64,000 nt of DNA, from the NCBI GenBank assembly GCA_963784355.1, contig CAWAQU010000003.1, forward strand, positions 32,001 through 96,000, read 5' to 3'. Position 1 is the first letter of the stretch. Each line of letters begins with the position of its first letter. The stretch comes from an uncultured bacterium (GTDB lineage Bacteria; Patescibacteriota; JACMRA01). The position numbers and the translations under genes are program-made. The notes beneath the pieces are model-generated. The model did no database searches and had not been told where the DNA came from. It saw only the letters and a list, made by a program, of their open reading frames with translations. This document shows positions 60,351 to 64,000 of this stretch, in pieces.

Positions 60351-62936
60351 TTATAGTTGATTACTTGGTATTCCAGCAAATTCACTTAATGACCAACTTC
60401 CGTTAAAGCCATATACTGATCTCTGTGTTGTAAATATTGGCACTCCATTTGTAGACTCTATTTCCACTGGACCACCTACTGTATTTGGATAATATGGTGT
60501 AATCATTTGTCCTGGTGCTATGGTGTATGTTCCTTTTAACTGCCCGCCGATTTTTATCGTAACTGTTGCAGATTGACTACTACTTGGATTAGATACTAAA
60601 TTTACAGCATCATGGCCATTTACCATTGCATAAAAAGGGTAGTAGTATTTTGTGGTAAGTTGATTACTTGGTATTCCAGCAAATTCACTTAATGACCAAC
60701 TTCCGTTAAAGCCATATACTGATCTCTGTGTTGTAAATATTGGCACTCCATTTGTAGACTCTATTTCCACTGGACCACCTACTGTATTTGGATAATATGG
60801 TGTAATCATTTGTCCTGGTGCTATGGTGTATGTTCCTTTTAACTGCCCGCCGATTTTTATCGTAACTGTTGCAGATTGACTACTACTTGGATTAGATACT
60901 AAATTTACAGCATCATGGCCATTTACCATTGCATAAAAAGGGTAGTAGTATTTTGTGGTAAGTTGATTACTTGGTATTCCAGCAAATTCACTTAATGACC
61001 AACTTCCGTTAAAGCCATATACTGATCTCTGTGTTGTAAATATTGGCACTCCATTTGTAGACTCTATTTCCACTGGACCACCTACTGTATTTGGATAATA
61101 TGGTGTAATCATTTGTCCTGGTGCTATGGTGTATGTTCCTTTTAACTGCCCGCCGATTTTTATCGTAACTGTTGCAGATTGACTACTACTTGGATTAGAT
61201 ACTAAATTTACAGCATCATGGCCATTTACCATTGCATAAAAAGGGTAGTAGTATTTTGTGGTAAGTTGATTACTTGGTATTCCAGCAAATTCACTTAATG
61301 ACCAACTTCCGTTAAAGCCATATACTGATCTCTGTGTTGTAAATATTGGCACTCCATTTGTAGACTCTATTTCCACTGGACCACCTACTGTATTTGGATA
61401 ATATGGTGTAATCATTTGTCCTGGTGCTATGGTGTACCATTTTTTTTGTACTCCTGGAACTGATATAGTAACCAAAGCTGTTTCAGTGGTCGAAGCATTG
61501 GCTACTAAATTTACAGCATCATGGCCATTTACCATTGCATAAAAAGGGTAGTAGTATTTTTTATTTGAAGCATTATTCAACTCAGGCACTTTAACCAAAG
61601 CAGAATTTAAGTTAATTAACCCATTGCCAAAACTTGAGTCATACCCAATAGTACCTAAATTAGTGGCTGAGCTAGTTATAGCATAACCTGTTACAACATT
61701 ATCAATAGCACTATTTTTTGACATCATCAATCCAACCCCTCCCGCTACAAACGGTGCTGCAGCCGAAGTTCCGGAATATAAACAGTATGTATTATTTGCA
61801 CAGGTTGATAAAATCTCGCTTCCTGGAGCCACAACAGTAAGCCAATTTCCTGTCTGAGAATACGGTGCTCTCTGGCCATCTCTTTGAATAGCACCTACAG
61901 AAATTACACCCGGATACGCTGCAGGATAGCTAGTGTAGTTAATTTCATCTGCATCTTGAACATTATTTTCATTCCAATCACAATTTGCTAGACTCCACAC
62001 ACCACAATTACCTGCTGAAGCTACAACTGTTACTCCCTGATCTGTAGCAAATTTTACTGCATTTTTAAGAGTCTGACTGTCATATGGTGATCCCAGACTA
62101 AGATTGATAATTTTTGCTCCTTTATATACTGAATCAATAATTGCATCAGCTATATTTTGGAAAGTACCGGAGCCTCCTCCACTCAAAGCTTTTTGAGGTA
62201 AAATTTTACACTTTGGACAAGTTCCTGAAATACCTACACTATTATTTCCTACAGCTGCAATAATTCCCGAAACATGTGTACCATGGCCGTTATCATCTTT
62301 AGGATCAGAATCGCTATTTACAAAATCATAACCACTATTAGTTTGGCCATTAGCAACAATATTAGCATTCAAATCAGGATGAGTATAATCAACTCCTGTA
62401 TCAATTACAGCAATAATAACTGAACTACTACCCAAAGTTGCATCCCAAGCAGTAGTTGCTTGCATGTCCATTCCTGAAGTACCACCTGACTGCCCTGTAT
62501 TTCTCAGCCCCCATTGGGAACTAAAACTTGGGTCATTAGGAACATAATTAGCTTTTGCAATAAAATTTGGTTCAATATATTCGATATTAGGATCGTTTTT
62601 ATATTTATTTATAACATCCAAAGTCTTAAGCTTAGCAAAATTTTTATCTTCTACACTGTTAGATTTAATCTCATCCAAGCTAGATATGTCTAATTTCTCA
62701 TAATCACTTTTAGCTTTGTATTTTTCTGTTGTAGCTTTTAATTCATTTTTAACTTCAAAATTACTAAAAAAAACCTTCTTTGCTTCATCACTTTTAAATT
62801 TTATAAGAGCCTCACCTGGAACAAAATTGTCGCTAACATCGTATTGTGATTTAGATTCAACGTAAAAGCTGAAATTTACTAAACTTATGGTTAATACCAA
62901 TATAATAAAAGCTCCAATGTAATTTCTAATTTTCAT
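60351..62936 (-). CDS. Secreted S8 (subtilisin/thermitase-like) serine protease with four C-terminal 101-aa repeats
   Basis: VIDTG, HGTHVSG, SAGN and SGTS.AAP catalytic motifs; signal peptide and prodomain. Confidence 0.92.
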   Translation of the reverse strand: MKIRNYIGAFIILVLTISLVNFSFYVESKSQYDVSDNFVPGEALIKFKSDEAKKVFFSNFEVKNELKATTEKYKAKSDYEKLDISSLDEIKSNSVEDKNFAKLKTLDVINKYKNDPNIEYIEPNFIAKANYVPNDPSFSSQWGLRNTGQSGGTSGMDMQATTAWDATLGSSSVIIAVIDTGVDYTHPDLNANIVANGQTNSGYDFVNSDSDPKDDNGHGTHVSGIIAAVGNNSVGISGTCPKCKILPQKALSGGGSGTFQNIADAIIDSVYKGAKIINLSLGSPYDSQTLKNAVKFATDQGVTVVASAGNCGVWSLANCDWNENNVQDADEINYTSYPAAYPGVISVGAIQRDGQRAPYSQTGNWLTVVAPGSEILSTCANNTYCLYSGTSAAAPFVAGGVGLMMSKNSAIDNVVTGYAITSSATNLGTIGYDSSFGNGLINLNSALVKVPELNNASNKKYYYPFYAMVNGHDAVNLVANASTTETALVTISVPGVQKKWYTIAPGQMITPYYPNTVGGPVEIESTNGVPIFTTQRSVYGFNGSWSLSEFAGIPSNQLTTKYYYPFYAMVNGHDAVNLVSNPSSSQSATVTIKIGGQLKGTYTIAPGQMITPYYPNTVGGPVEIESTNGVPIFTTQRSVYGFNGSWSLSEFAGIPSNQLTTKYYYPFYAMVNGHDAVNLVSNPSSSQSATVTIKIGGQLKGTYTIAPGQMITPYYPNTVGGPVEIESTNGVPIFTTQRSVYGFNGSWSLSEFAGIPSNQLTTKYYYPFYAMVNGHDAVNLVSNPSSSQSATVTIKIGGQLKGTYTIAPGQMITPYYPNTVGGPVEIESTNGVPIFTTQRSVYGFNGSWSLSEFAGIPSNQL
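60355..61559. repeat. 303-bp tandem repeat (about 4 units) in the S8 protease gene
   Basis: TTACTTGGTATTCC recurs at 60361, 60664, 60967 and 61270; units identical by eye except an internal segment at ~61437-61501. Confidence 0.95.
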
Positions 62937-62996
62937 AAATTGACAAATAAATAGTATACGAATAAGTTATTAATGTATTATTTGTTTTATATAAAT

Positions 62997-63956
62997 ATGT
63001 CAAAAAGATTTTTTATTCTAAAGAGAATTATTAGTAGATCATTGTTAATTTTAATCTCAATTTTAATCCTAAATTCCAATCCGGTAGTTGCTCAAAGTAG
63101 TTTTAATCCAGGATTGATAATTAGCGACGACACACTAACTCAGATTCCTACACACCTAAGCTCACAAGGCTTAATTCAATCTTATCTCGCTTCCCAAAAC
63201 AGCTTTTTAGCTAATTACAAAGTAGACATAGGTTTTGAGCCCGGTACTTCATTAGTTGACCCGGCTACTTTTCCAAGCAAACCTTATTATTTACAGCCTA
63301 AACAAACAGTCGGACCCTATGCAGGTAAGCAAATGCTAGTTTCGGAATTAATATGGCAATTAGCTACACAAGATTTTGGTAACGGCTGTGCTATAGTTTA
63401 CCAAGATTTATGTGTAAATAATCGCGAAACCATAATTAACCCCGCTTACATCCTGGCAATGATACAAAAGGAATCAGGACTTGTTTACGGTACAAATGCT
63501 AAATTGGATCCAAATTTAAGCTCTACAAAATTTTTACTTGATAGAGTTCTAGGCTATTATTGTTTTGAAAATCCTGACAGGTCAAAGTCCTGCTATGATG
63601 AAAATCCTGAGTGGAAATATTTTAAGGGGTTTTTCAGACAAATGTACTATGGTTTGAGATTTTTTAGAATTCATGAAAAAATGTGTAAAGACTCTAGAAG
63701 TTTTGATAGTTCTCATGACAATAGATTCAAAGTAGGTAATACAATTTCATTTGACGGCATACCTGTAAAGTTTGAAAATGCTATAACATGTGCAATGTAT
63801 CTTTACACTCCTCACATATATAATTCCCAATACAACAGCTGGGTTCAATTGAACTATTTTAAAGCTTCTGTAAACTTAATAAAATACAACCAAGAGGATA
63901 AAAAAGAAATAGATTTTAGGTTACCTGAACAAGTTGTAAATTTTAGACTACAATAA
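62997..63956 (+). CDS. Secreted hypothetical protein of the FNPG.IISD / QKE family (possible cell-wall hydrolase)
   Basis: Signal peptide; FNPGLIISD, INP..ILAMIQKESGLV, GYYC, GFFRQ, N..T.AMYLYTPH. Confidence 0.55.
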   Translation: MSKRFFILKRIISRSLLILISILILNSNPVVAQSSFNPGLIISDDTLTQIPTHLSSQGLIQSYLASQNSFLANYKVDIGFEPGTSLVDPATFPSKPYYLQPKQTVGPYAGKQMLVSELIWQLATQDFGNGCAIVYQDLCVNNRETIINPAYILAMIQKESGLVYGTNAKLDPNLSSTKFLLDRVLGYYCFENPDRSKSCYDENPEWKYFKGFFRQMYYGLRFFRIHEKMCKDSRSFDSSHDNRFKVGNTISFDGIPVKFENAITCAMYLYTPHIYNSQYNSWVQLNYFKASVNLIKYNQEDKKEIDFRLPEQVVNFRLQ

Positions 63957-64000
63957 CTAACTTATTAACTTAACAATCATATTCTCCCCTGTTTCTCTAA

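Noticed and set aside
60355-61559. Possible CRISPR array
   Set aside because: Contiguous 303-bp in-frame coding repeats with no spacers; no cas genes in the window

Overview
AT-rich bacterial genomic window. The absence of obvious Shine-Dalgarno sites, the domain-inserted tRNA synthetase and the gene content suggest a CPR/Patescibacteria organism (inference). Bases 1-20.5 kb form an accessory island. It holds two diverged, inversely oriented copies of an apparently undescribed cassette: a secreted ~457-aa precursor with a conserved N-terminal body and a variable Cys-bounded, Trp-rich hydrophobic C-terminal peptide; small 2-TM putative immunity genes (three in copy 1, two of them missing from the ORF track); a shared terminator; a convergent HTH + EgtD-like SAM methyltransferase; two tiny ORFs; and a 95-aa gene. 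The copies flank an IS982 element and a ~3000-aa surface protein with Ig-like, M23 peptidase and C-terminal lipase-like domains. Bases 20.5-38 kb are mostly housekeeping: tRNA-Asn, gyrA, UDG, thrS, tRNA-Arg, rsmH and recJ. thrS carries two inserted GNAT domains and an upstream Thr6 leader-peptide attenuator. Bases 38-60 kb are a surface-glycan locus (O-antigen ligase-like, galE, GT-C/GT2/GT4, rmlABCD, flippase), followed by an S8 protease with identical 303-bp tandem repeats. All family calls come from motif recognition by eye; no searches were run.
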